Source: Eledone cirrhosa
Lineage: Eukaryota
Direction: 5' to 3'
NCBI GenBank assembly: GCA_964016885.1
Contig: OZ024766.1
Location: 9,610,001 to 9,674,000, forward strand
Length of the DNA stretch: 64,000 nucleotides
Below are positions 38,965 to 50,129 of the stretch, piece after piece (positions within the stretch are counted from its first letter, which is position 1; each line of letters opens with the position of its first letter). The notes under the pieces are model-generated. The model was not told the origin of the DNA, did no database searches, and saw only the letters and a list, made by a program, of their open reading frames with translations. A program made the translations under genes and the position numbers.

Positions 38965-40682
38965 GCGCATGGAGGCACATGGCTTAGTGGTTAGGGTGGG
39001 GTCCCTATCACTCCACTGCAAAGTGGTTGTGGAGGTGCCACGGCAAAAAAGCACCCAGCACTCACTGTAAATGAGGTTGGTGTTAGGAAGGGCATCCAGC
39101 TGTAGAGATCAAGCTAGAATCAGTTTCCATCCCACCCTTGCAAGCAGGGAAAAGCGGACGTAAAATGATGATGATATATATATATATATATATATCATCA
39201 TCATCATCATCATCACCGTTTTACGTCCGTTCTTCCACGCTAGCATGGGTTAGACGGGTTGTCCTGTTGTGGGCAGTGTCTGGTCGGCTGACCATGCCTT
39301 GCTCATACAGGAACTGATCTGGCTTGATTTCTACAGCTGGATGCCCTTCCTAACACCAACCTCATTTACAGTGAGTGCTGGGTGCTTTTTCGTGGCGCCT
39401 ACACGTCCACTTTACAGTGTGGGCTGGGTGCTGTTTCGTGGCGCCTACACGTCCACTTTACAGTGAGTGCTGGGTGCTGTTTCGTGGCGCCTACACGTCC
39501 ACTTTACAGTGTGGGCTGGGTGCTTTTTTGCCGTGGCACCTCCACGACCACCTTGCGGTGGGGGGAGTGGGGGCATATTGTTTATATGCTTCAGCATGTA
39601 CCCATGGGAGGTCGGGTACCCTGTATTACTGCGTGATGCCAGAAGTCACGGTCGTGTGTCATTGTCTTTGAGTGGTTTTTTATATATATATATATATATA
39701 TAGTGTGGCTGAGTGGTTAGAGAATTGGATTCGCAATCGTAAGGTTGTGAGTTCGATTCCTGGACCAGGCGATGCGTTATGTCCTTGAGCAAGACACTTT
39801 ATTTCACGTTGCTCCTTCTACCTGGAGTTGCGACCGATAGATAGTATTAGCAATAGGAAAGACGAACGGAAACATTGATCATGCTCCGATTTGACGAAAG
39901 TCGATCGTTCCAAAATATATATATATATATGTGTGTGTATGTATGTGACTGTTAAATCAGGTTTCCTCTCCATTCACTTTTATTTGATTGTTGATTTTTC
40001 ATTACCTTTCAGTGTCAATTTATTGATCTCTCTCTGTCTCCTTTCACAGTGGGATGCTTTAAACAGTGAAACAAGTCTGTGCATGTTTCTCTCTCTCTCT
40101 CTCTCTCTCTGTATATATATATATTTATTAAAATAACAGATTAAAGTTTGAGAATCGCTGCTTTAACCCTTAACACAATTTTCTGTTAAGGATGAAAGCA
40201 GCGATTCTTTGCTTAAACTTTAATCTGTTATTTTAATAAATATTTTCTCTAGGGTTCTTATATATTTGATATATATTTATCCTTATCGAGCCCTCTTTGG
40301 ATTTTAGTCTTCACATTTATTATTATTACTATATATATATATATATACATGGAGGCACATGGCTTAGTGGTTAGAGCATTGGCCTTGCAATCGAAAGGTT
40401 GTGAGTTCAATTCTCAGACTGGGTGATGTGTTGTTTCCTTGAGCAAGACACTTTATTTCACATTGCTCCAGTTTACTCAGCTGTAGAAATGAGATGATAG
40501 GGACTGGGGTCCCTATCATTCCACTGCAAAGTGGTCGTGGAGGTGCCACGGCAAAAAAGCACTCACTGTAAATGAGGTTGGTGTTAGGAAGGGCATCCAG
40601 CTGTAGAAATCAAGCCATAATCAGTTCCCGTCCCACCCTTGCAAGCAGGGAAAAAGCGGACGTAAAATGAAATGATGATGAT

Positions 40683-41103
40683 GATACAAGCCATGTATAG
40701 GGGAGCAGTCAGCAAAGTTAGGATTAGCAATGAGTATAGCGAGGAATTTTGTGTACAGGTTGTGGTCCACCAGGGCTCTGTTCTTAGCCCTCTCCTGTTC
40801 ATCATAGTCCTGCAGGCAATAATGGAGGAATTTAAGACCGGATGCCCATGGGAACTCCTGTATGCTGATGACCTCGCACTTATAGCTGAATCTATGGTAG
40901 AACTAGAGAAGAAATTCCAAACTTGGAAGCAGGGACTAGAAAGAAAGGGTCTCAAAGTCAACATGACAAAGACTAAGGTCCTTGTAAGTAGACGAGAAAA
41001 CAGAACCCAGATCCCCTCAGAGAAATGGCCTTGCTCAGTATGTAGGAAAGGTGTAGGTAGGAACTCCATTCTCTGCCCCAAATGCAAACAATGGCTACAC
41101 AAG
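40683..41103 (+). mobile_element. RTE LINE reverse-transcriptase fragment
   Basis: VHQGSVLSPLLF...ELLYADDL...GLKVNMTKTK...WPCSVCRKGVGRNSI. Confidence 0.9.
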
Positions 41104-41159
41104 TTAACCTTGGCGGGATTTGAACTCAGAATGTAAAGGTTAACTTTGCCTTACATCCT

Positions 41160-41700
41160 TACGGGGTCGATAAAATAAAGTACCAGTAATGCACTGGGGT
41201 AATTGCTGGCCTTGTGCCAAAAGTAGAAACAGTTATTACAGGGGCGATAAAATAAAGTACCAGTAATACACTGAGGTAATTGCTGGCCTTGTGCCAAAAG
41301 TAGAAACAGTTATTACGGGGTCGATAAAATAAAGTACCAGTAATACACTGGGGTAATTGCTGGCCTTGTGCCAAAAGTAGAAACAATTGTTACAGGGTCG
41401 ATAAAATAAAGTACCAGTAATACACTGGGGTAATTGCTGGCCTTGTGCCTAAAGTAGAAACAGTTATTACAGGGGCGATAAAATAAAGTACCAGTAATAC
41501 ACTGGGGTAATTGCTGGCCTTGTGCCTAAAGTAGAAACAATTGTTACAGGGTTGATAAAATAAAGTACCAGTAATACACTGGGGTAATTGCTGGCCTTGT
41601 GCCAAAAGTAGAAACAATTGTTACAGGGTTGATAAAATAAAGTACCAGTAATACACTGGGGTATTTGCTGGCCTTGTGCCCCCAAAAGTAGAAACAGTTA
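41160..41700 (+). repeat. ~59-bp tandem amplification of the MetaSINE-like 3' part (~9 units)
   Basis: Repeating 'gataaaataaagtaccagtaatacactggggtaattgctggccttgtgcc'. Confidence 0.88.
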
Positions 41701-41756
41701 TTGTTATTAATATTATTTTTTCTTCTATCATTTTAGAATAACTAGACAACGCAGTA

Positions 41757-42487
41757 ATGGACGACACATTCTGCAGAGGTGGCGGTGGCGGTGATGATGG
41801 TGGTGGCGGTGGTGGTGGCGGCGGTGGTGGTGGCGGTGGTGTTGGCGGTGGTGGTGTTAGTAGTGGTGGTGGTGTTGGTGGTGGTAGTGGTGGTGGTGTT
41901 GGTGGTGGTGTTGGTGGTGGTGGTGGTCATAGTGGCGGTGGTGTTCATGGTGGTGGCGGCGGTGGTGTTAGTGGTGGTGGTGTTCGTGGTGGTGGTGGTG
42001 GCGGTGGTGGGAACAGTGTGTTAGGACAGAAGCCCAACATGAACCCATCACCTCCCTCTCCGCCCTCCACACGCCAACGTCAGTCCACCACCACCACCGC
42101 CACCACAGCTACTGGTAACAGTGACAGTGGCAGCCGCGGCGATGGTGGCGGTGGTGGTGGTGTTGGTGGTGGTGGTTGTTCACGTTCGTTTGCTACCTTC
42201 AACCGAGGTAGACATAGCCATCTTCACCACCGTGACGGCACTCAAGACAACAGCAGTGACAATGATGATGATGATGATGGTGGTGGTGGTGATGGTGATG
42301 GTTGTCACCTGTTCAGCGCACACATCCTCGGAGGCCTCCCGGCCCTTAAACGGCTCTTCGCGGCCCAGCGCAACCTCTTCATGGCGCTGGTGGCCTTCCG
42401 TGTGGTCAACTCCCTGGTCATTCAGACCCAGTACGTACCCGATGAATATTGGCAAACCCTTGAAATCGCCCACTCTGCAGCATTCGG
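41757..42487 (+). CDS. PIGB: GPI mannosyltransferase 3, first coding exon with Gly-rich extension
   Basis: ...LVAFRVVNSLVIQTQYVPDEYWQTLEIAHSAAFG carries the PIGB VPDEYWQ motif; ATG in gtaATGG context after an acceptor at 41736; donor GG|GTGAGT. The true start codon is uncertain. Confidence 0.85.
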
Positions 42488-42499
42488 GTGAGTATGTTA

Positions 42500-43235
42500 A
42501 ACCCCTTCTCCCCCTTTTTTGGGGAGGGGGGGTGGGTCTTTCATACCCTTATCCTCTTTTTTAGGGGTCTTTCATACCTTAACAACACCTTCCTCCCTTA
42601 TCCTCTTTTTTAGGGGTCTTTCATACTTTAACAACACTTTTCTCCCTTATCTTCTTTTTTTGGGGGTCTTTCATACTTAACAACACCCTCCTCCCTTATC
42701 CTCTTCTTTAGGGGTCTTTCATACTTAACAACACCCTCCTCCCTTATCCTCTTTTTTAGGGGTCTTTCATACCTTAACAACACCCTCCTCCCTTATCCCC
42801 TTTTTTAGGGATCTTTCATAGCTTAACAAACCCTTCTCCCCTTTTTTGGGGGTCTTTCATACCTTAACAACACCCTCCTCCCTTCTCCCCTTTTTTAGGT
42901 GTCTTTCATACCTTAACACCTTCCTCCCTTATCCTCTTTTTTTAGGGATCTTTCATACCTTACCAACACCCTCATCAGTTATCCCCTTTTAGGGGTCTTT
43001 CATACCTTAACACCTTCCTCCCTTATCCTCTTTTTTAGGGGTCTTTCATACGTTAACAACACCTTCCTCAGTTATCCCCTTTTAGGGGTCTTTCATACCT
43101 TAACACCCTCCTCCCTTATCCCCTTTTTTAGGGATCTTTCATACCTTAACACCCTCCTCCCTTATCCCCTTTTTAGGGATCTTTCATAGCTTAACAACAC
43201 CCTTCTCCCCTTTTTGGGGGGTCTTTCATACCTTA
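42500..43235. repeat. ~45-bp degenerate minisatellite starting right after the PIGB donor
   Basis: Repeating 'ggggtctttcataccttaacaacaccctcctcccttatcc'. Confidence 0.88.
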
Positions 43236-43389
43236 ACCCTTTAGCATTTAAACCTGCTGTATCTGGCCAGAATTCTCTCACCTCTTCTGTTCAAACTGAC
43301 TGTAACTGGCTGATCATACTTATGTTAAGGTATTGTTCTCGGAATAAATAATATCAAAATCTCATAAATTCAATATATATAAATATTAC

Positions 43390-43420
<31 letters not shown>

Positions 43421-44166
43421 ATATATATATATAGGAGGCACATGGCACCCCACCTGGCTTAGTGCAATCGAAAGATTGTGAGTTCAATTCTCAGACCAGG
43501 TGATGTGTTGTTTCCTTGAGCAAGACACTTTATTTCACATTGCTCCAGTTTACTCAGCTGTAGAAATGAGATGATAGGGACTGGGGTCCCTATCACTCCA
43601 CTGCAAAGTGGTTGTGGAGGTGCCACGGCAAAAAAGCACCCAGCACTCACTGTAAATGAGGTTGGTGTTAGGAGGGGCATCCAGCTGTAGAAATCAAGCC
43701 AGAATCAGTTCCCGTCCCACCCTTGCAAGCAGGGGAAAGTGGACGTAAAATGAAATGATGAATGATGATATAATATATATATATAATAAAGAAGAAATTA
43801 AAAGATGGTTAAAAGAGTTCCATATATTTACCCGCTCTACTACCATAAGTATTGAGTACTCTGGTGCTTTATGGTCCACCTGGTTTCTTGCCACACTTTC
43901 TTTGTATATATATATATATATATGCGTGTATATATATATATGTATATATATATATATACACGCATGGAGGCACATGGCTTAGTGGTTAGGGTGGGGTCCA
44001 TATCATTCCACTGCAAAGTGGTCATGGAGGTGCCACGGCAAAAAAGCACCCAGCACTCACTGTAAATGAGGTTGGTGTTAGGAAGGGCATCCAGCTGTAG
44101 AGATCAAGCTAGAATCAGTTCCCGTCCCACCCTTGCAAGCAGGGAAAAAGCGGACGTAAAATGAAA

Positions 44167-44228
<62 letters not shown>

Positions 44229-44349
44229 TTAATATAGATGAGATTCTACAGGACTAGAACTGTTTCATTCATTAGAAATCATCAGGAATCCCTGCTATGT
44301 ATTGAGTACCTTACTTACTGTGGTTACCTCCGATTCAACCCGGAATAAC

Positions 44350-44419
<70 letters not shown>

Positions 44420-44789
44420 TAAATCATGTCCTTAGAATTATTAGATAAAATATATACCATTTCCTCTCCCAATTAGCATAATTAATCATATAAAGAATCA
44501 ATTAAACCTGGTCTAATTGATTTTTTATATGGTTAATTATGCTAATTGGGAGAGGAAATGGTATATATTTTATCTAATAATTCTAAGGACATGATTTATG
44601 ATATATTGCTCTGATTATTTAATTTATTAATTCTTCATTGAGCTACAACGTGACCTGTTGCAACATATATATCTATGACTTTATGTATATGTAAATCTTT
44701 ATATTTATATGTATGTATATACACACACATACATATATATATATATAATCAACAACAAAGAACGCCTATAGCATATGCATATCTTTACT

Positions 44790-44835
44790 TGCTAACATTG
44801 TTTCATCCGCACTATAAGTGGGACTCATCAGAGCA
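44790..44835 (-). ncRNA. Type I hammerhead motif, family I (left arm)
   Basis: tgct-CTGATGA-gtcc cact tat agtg c ggat-GAAA-caatg-TT-agca. Confidence 0.75.
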
Positions 44836-44969
44836 TAAAGGTTGATTACATATCACACAAGCAATAACAAATCCAAGACATTGAAGAAATAAAGAATAAA
44901 AAATAATATTCTTTATTTCTTCAATGTCTTGGATTTGTTATTGCTTGTGTGATATGTAATCAACCTTTA

Positions 44970-45015
44970 TGCTCTGATGAGTCCTACTTATAGTGTGGAT
45001 GAAACAATGTTAGCA
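44970..45015 (+). ncRNA. Type I hammerhead motif, family I (right arm; sense to PIGB pre-mRNA)
   Basis: tgct-CTGATGA-gtcc tact tat agtg t ggat-GAAA-caatg-TT-agca. Confidence 0.75.
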
Positions 45016-45208
45016 AGTAAAGATATGCATATGCTATAGGCGTTCTTTGTTGTTGATTATATCACGGCTCTGTCCTCAGACATCGAGCTAACCTTATACT
45101 GCCTGTTGGATAAGTGGAGTGTTATACACCCCTGATCCTCTCCCTAATATACTATATATATATATATGTATTTAACTAATCAATGGTGTTGTTCTTTCTT
45201 CTCCACAG

Positions 45209-45326
45209 TTATGGCTACCAGACTTGGGAATGGAAGCATGCGCTGCGCGGACACCTGTATCCGTCTGTCTTTGCTGTTGTATATAAACTGCTGGACATCC
45301 TCCATCTGGACTATCGGATCTTATTG
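45209..45326 (+). CDS. PIGB: PIGB coding exon 2 (118 nt; missed by the ORF track)
   Basis: ctccacag|T...TTG|gtaatg; YGYQTWEWKHALRGHLYPSVFAVVYKLLDILHLDYRILL. Confidence 0.93.
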
Positions 45327-45351
45327 GTAATGCCACTTTGCTATCTCACAT

Positions 45352-46045
45352 ATCATTAAAACACCCTAGAAACCTCCTTTGAGATACAACCTTGTAGGAG
45401 GCCAACTAAACTTACATAGGTGTGAGCTGTAACAACATGATAGGACTGGGTCCCTATCATTAAAACACCCTAGAAACCTCTTATGACATACAACCTTGTA
45501 GGAGGCCAGCTAAACTTACATAAGTGTGAGCTGTAACATGATAGGACTGGGGTCCCTATCATTAAAACACCCTAGAAACCTCCTATGAAATACAACCTTG
45601 TAGGAGGCCAGCTAAACTTACATAGGACTGGGGTCCCTATCATTAAAACACTCAAGCAACCTCCTATGAAATACAACCTCGTAGGAGGCCAGCTAAACTT
45701 ACATAGGACTGGGGTCCCTATCATTAAAACACTCAAGCAACCTCCTATGAAATACAACCTCATAGGAGGCCAGCTAAACGCTAAACTTACATAGGACTGG
45801 GGTCCCTATCATTAAAACACTCAAGCAACCTCCTATGAAATACAACCTCATAGGAGGCCAGCTAAACGCTAAACTTACATAGGACTGGGGTCCCTATCAT
45901 TAAAACACTCAAGCAACCTCCTATGAAATACAACCTCGTAGGAGGCCAGCTAAACTTACATAGGACTGGGGTCCCTATCATTAAAACACCCTAGAAACCT
46001 CCTATGAAATACAACCCTGTATGAGGCCAGCTAAACCTACATAGG
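45352..46045. repeat. ~81-bp tandem repeat (~8 units) in PIGB intron 2
   Basis: Repeating 'cataggactggggtccctatcattaaaacac...gtaggaggccagctaaactta'; includes a SINE-derived motif. Confidence 0.85.
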
Positions 46046-46441
46046 TGTGTTCTCATTTCATTTAATTTCATTTTACGTCCGCTTTTTCCCTGCTTGCAAG
46101 GGTGGGACAGGAACTGATTCTGGCTTGATTTCTACAGCTGGATGCCCTTCCTAACACCAACCTCATTTACAGTGTGGGCTGGGTGCTTTTTTGCCGTGGC
46201 ACCTCCACGACCACTTTGCAGTGGAATGATAGGGACCTCAGTCCCTATCATCATTTCTACAGCTGAGTAAACTGGAGCAATGTGAAATAAAGTGTCTTGC
46301 TCAAGGAAACAACACATCACCCGGTCCGAGAACTGAATTCACAACCTTTCGATTGCAAGGCCAATGCTCTAACCCTAAGCCATGTGCCTCCATATTTCAT
46401 CTACTTCTAACTACAAACATACCCATTGTATCTATTTTCAG

Positions 46442-46671
46442 ATAAAGGTGCCTCGTATGTTGCAGGGTGTGTTGGCCGCTACTGGGGATTTCTACCTCTA
46501 CAAACTGTCATCTCGCCTCAGTGGTCCTGCTACAGCCCAGTGGACTGTGGTCTGTCAGCTTCTCTCCTGGTTTATGTTCTACGCTTACCCCCGTACGTTG
46601 ACGAATGGAGCGGAGGCAGCCCTTACTGTTATTGCTCTCTATTATTACCCCTGGCCAAAATTAAGATCAAG
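46442..46671 (+). CDS. PIGB: PIGB coding exon 3 (230 nt)
   Basis: ttttcag|ATA...AG|gtaggt; IKVPRMLQGVLAATGD...QLLSWFMFYAYPRTLTNGAEAALTVIALYYYPW. Confidence 0.93.
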
Positions 46672-46678
46672 GTAGGTA

Positions 46679-46718
<40 letters not shown>

Positions 46719-47229
46719 GTCGTCGTTTAACGTCTATCTTCCACGCTAGCATGGGTTAGACAGGAATTGTCTAATAATATTAATAAACAAAAGATAGTTA
46801 CATTAGATCATCTTTATTTATCTTATTACTGTATTTCCCAGCGCTGAAGAAGCTTCCTCTTCGAGGACGGACCCTAATTTTGACAACCAAAAATTTGAAA
46901 AATTTAATAAAAGACCTACGGCCTCAAGGACCCATGGTAGATCTTTGAGATTTATTTTAGGAAAAAAGTAGTGTTTTTGGCGCCTGGAAATACAGATGCA
47001 AGGCTTATGTATAACATAACACAAAACATGTTCTCGTCAGATAAAATGTATAGGAGAGGCAAGTTTCTTTTGATATACTGGCGGTCAAACGAACTGGACA
47101 GATCGATGACAACCAAGCAGATGATTAGATAAAAACCCCAACACTGGAAATGTTCCGTAAGTGGGAGAAAGAATTTCTACTCTGGTTATCTCCCCTTATT
47201 TGTGTTGCTTTCAATCGCAATAAATTTCC

Positions 47230-48990
47230 TCACAGTAAAGGCTTTACCTCACATAATATCTCACATAACATCTACATTACTCTATATATACTATTGTATT
47301 GTCACAGTAAAGACTTTACCTCACATAATATCTCACATAACATTTACATTACTCTATATATACTATTGTATTTTCACAGTAAAGGCTTTACCTCACATAA
47401 TATATCACATAACATTTACATTACTCTATATATACTATTGTATTTTCACAATAAAGGCTTTACCTCACATAATATCTCACATAACATTTACATTACTCTA
47501 TATATACTATTGTATTTTCACAGTAAAGACTTTACCTCACATAATATCTCACATAACATTTACATTACTCTATATATACTATTGTATTTTCACAGTAAAG
47601 GCTTTACCTCACATAATATCTCATAACATTTACATTACTCTATATATACTATTGTATTTTCACAGTAAAGGCTTTACCTCACATAATATCTCACATAACC
47701 TTTACATTACTCTATATATACTATTGTATTTTCACAGTAAAGGCTTTACCTCACATAATATCTCACATAACATTTACATTACTCTATATATACTATTATA
47801 TTTTCACAGTAAAGGCTTTACCTCACATAATATCTCACATAACATTTACATTACTCTATATATAGTATTGTATTTCCACAGTAAAGGCTTTACCTCACAT
47901 AATACCTCACATAACATTTACATTACTCTATATATACTATTGTATTTTCACAGTAAAGGCTTTACCTCACATAATATCTCACATAACATTTACATTACTC
48001 TATATATACTATTGTATTTTCACAGTAAAGGCTTTACCTCACATAATATCTCACGTAACATTTACATTACTCTATATATACTATTATATTTTCACAGTAA
48101 AGGCTTTACCTCACATAATATCTCACATAACATTTACATTACTCTATATATAGTATTGTATTTCCACAGTAAAGGCTTTACCTCACATAACATTTACATA
48201 ACTCTATATATACTATTGTATTTTCACAGTAAAGGCTTTACCTCACATAATATCTCACATAACATTTACATTACTCTATATATACTATTGTATTTTCACA
48301 GTAAAGGCTTTACCTCACATAATACCTCACATAACATTTACATTACTCTATATATACTATTATATTTTCACAGTAAAGGCTTTACCTCACATAATATCTC
48401 ACATAACATTTACATTACTCTATATATAGTATTGTATTTCCACAGTAAAGGCTTTACCTCACATAATACCTCACATAACATTTACATTACTCTATATATA
48501 CTATTGTATTTTCACAATAAAGGCTTTACCTCACATAATATCTCACATAACATTTACATTACTCTATATATAGTATTGTATTTTCACAGTTAAGGCTTTA
48601 CCTCACATAATATCTCACATAACATTTACATTACTCTATATATACTATTGTATTTTCACAGTAAAGGCTTTACCTCACATAATATCTCACATAACATTTA
48701 CATTACTCTATATATACTATTGTATTTTCACAGTAAAGGCTTTACCTCACATAATATCTCACATAACATTTACATTACTCTATATATACTATTGTATTTT
48801 CACAGTAAAGGCTTTACCTCACATAATATCTCACATAACATTTACATTACTCTATATATACTATTGTATTTTCACAGTAAAGGCTTTACCTCACATAATA
48901 TCTCATAACATTTACATTACTCTATATATATACTATTGTATTTTCACAGTAAAGGCTTTACCTCACATAATACCTCACATAACATTTACA
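47230..48990. repeat. 72-bp tandem satellite (~24 units) homologous to the piggyBac-MITE subterminal sequence
   Basis: The unit's 'tttacattactctatatatactattgtattttcacagtaaaggctttacctcacataatat' matches 26300-26361. Confidence 0.9.
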
Positions 48991-49526
48991 ATGAGATACT
49001 ATATATATATATATCATCATCATCATCATCATCAACGTTTAACGTCCGTGTTCCAGGCTTGCATGGCTTTGGACGTGGGTATTCCCACTTGAGGCAAGAG
49101 TGATTGTCTTGGTCGCATAGGACTGTCTGGCAGGTTTTCTACAGTTGGATGCCCTTCCTAACACCAACCACATTTACAGTGTGGGTCTGGGAGGTTTTTA
49201 CCGTGTTGCCTACACGGCCACATTACAGCGTGGACTGTGTGTTTTTTTTGTCGTGACACCTACACGATCTCATTTTTTTCGGCCTGGATGGCGCGGCACC
49301 AACACAACTTTACATAGAACGGGGTGGTGTGCTATGTAAAGTTGTGTTGGGGCCACACCATCCAGGCCGAAACAAATGAGATCGTGTAGATATATATATA
49401 TATATATACCTATACACATATATGTGTATATATATATATATATATATACCTATGTATATATACATATACACATATATGTGTATATATATATATATATATA
49501 TACCTATGTATATATACATATACACA

Positions 49527-49575
<49 letters not shown>

Positions 49576-49636
49576 ATGTATATATATATATACCTATGTA
49601 TATATACATATACACATGTATATATACATATACACA

Positions 49637-49693
<57 letters not shown>

Positions 49694-49933
49694 ATGTATA
49701 TATACATATACACATGTATATATACATATACACATATATGTATATATATATATATACCTATGTATATATACATATACACATATATGTATATATACATATA
49801 CACATATATCTATATATACATATATATATACACACACACATATACAAACACACACACATACACACACACACACACATATCTACTCATCTCTGTCTCCACA
49901 TCTCACATTCTCTATTGTTGCTTCTTCATCCAG

Positions 49934-50083
49934 TGGCCCCAACTCTACCCTAAAGTTCCTGTTGGTAGCTGGCCTCTCAGTCATTGTGAGACCCACCTCC
50001 ATTATTACGTGGGTCCTTTTATGCAGCTGGCACATACAGAAGTCCTTCACTCTCAGACTCTGCACCCTCTATGCCCTGGCTAT
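49934..50083 (+). CDS. PIGB: PIGB coding exon 4 (150 nt)
   Basis: catccag|T...AT|gtaagt; [29 protein letters not shown]. Confidence 0.92.
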
Positions 50084-50129
50084 GTAAGTATTCTCTCTGT
50101 TAGCTTTTATAGCGTTACTGCAGGGTGGC

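Noticed and set aside
40351-40430. tRNA genes (also 7650, 15780, 39705, 57121)
   Set aside because: A/B boxes present but no proper acceptor stem; each continues into a SINE body
46836-47050. CTGAAGA (+, ~46844) and CTGACGA (-, ~47040) as further hammerheads
   Set aside because: Could not find a matching GAAA/UH with a complementary stem I
47150-48908. 463-aa repetitive ORF
   Set aside because: 72-bp satellite inside PIGB intron 3
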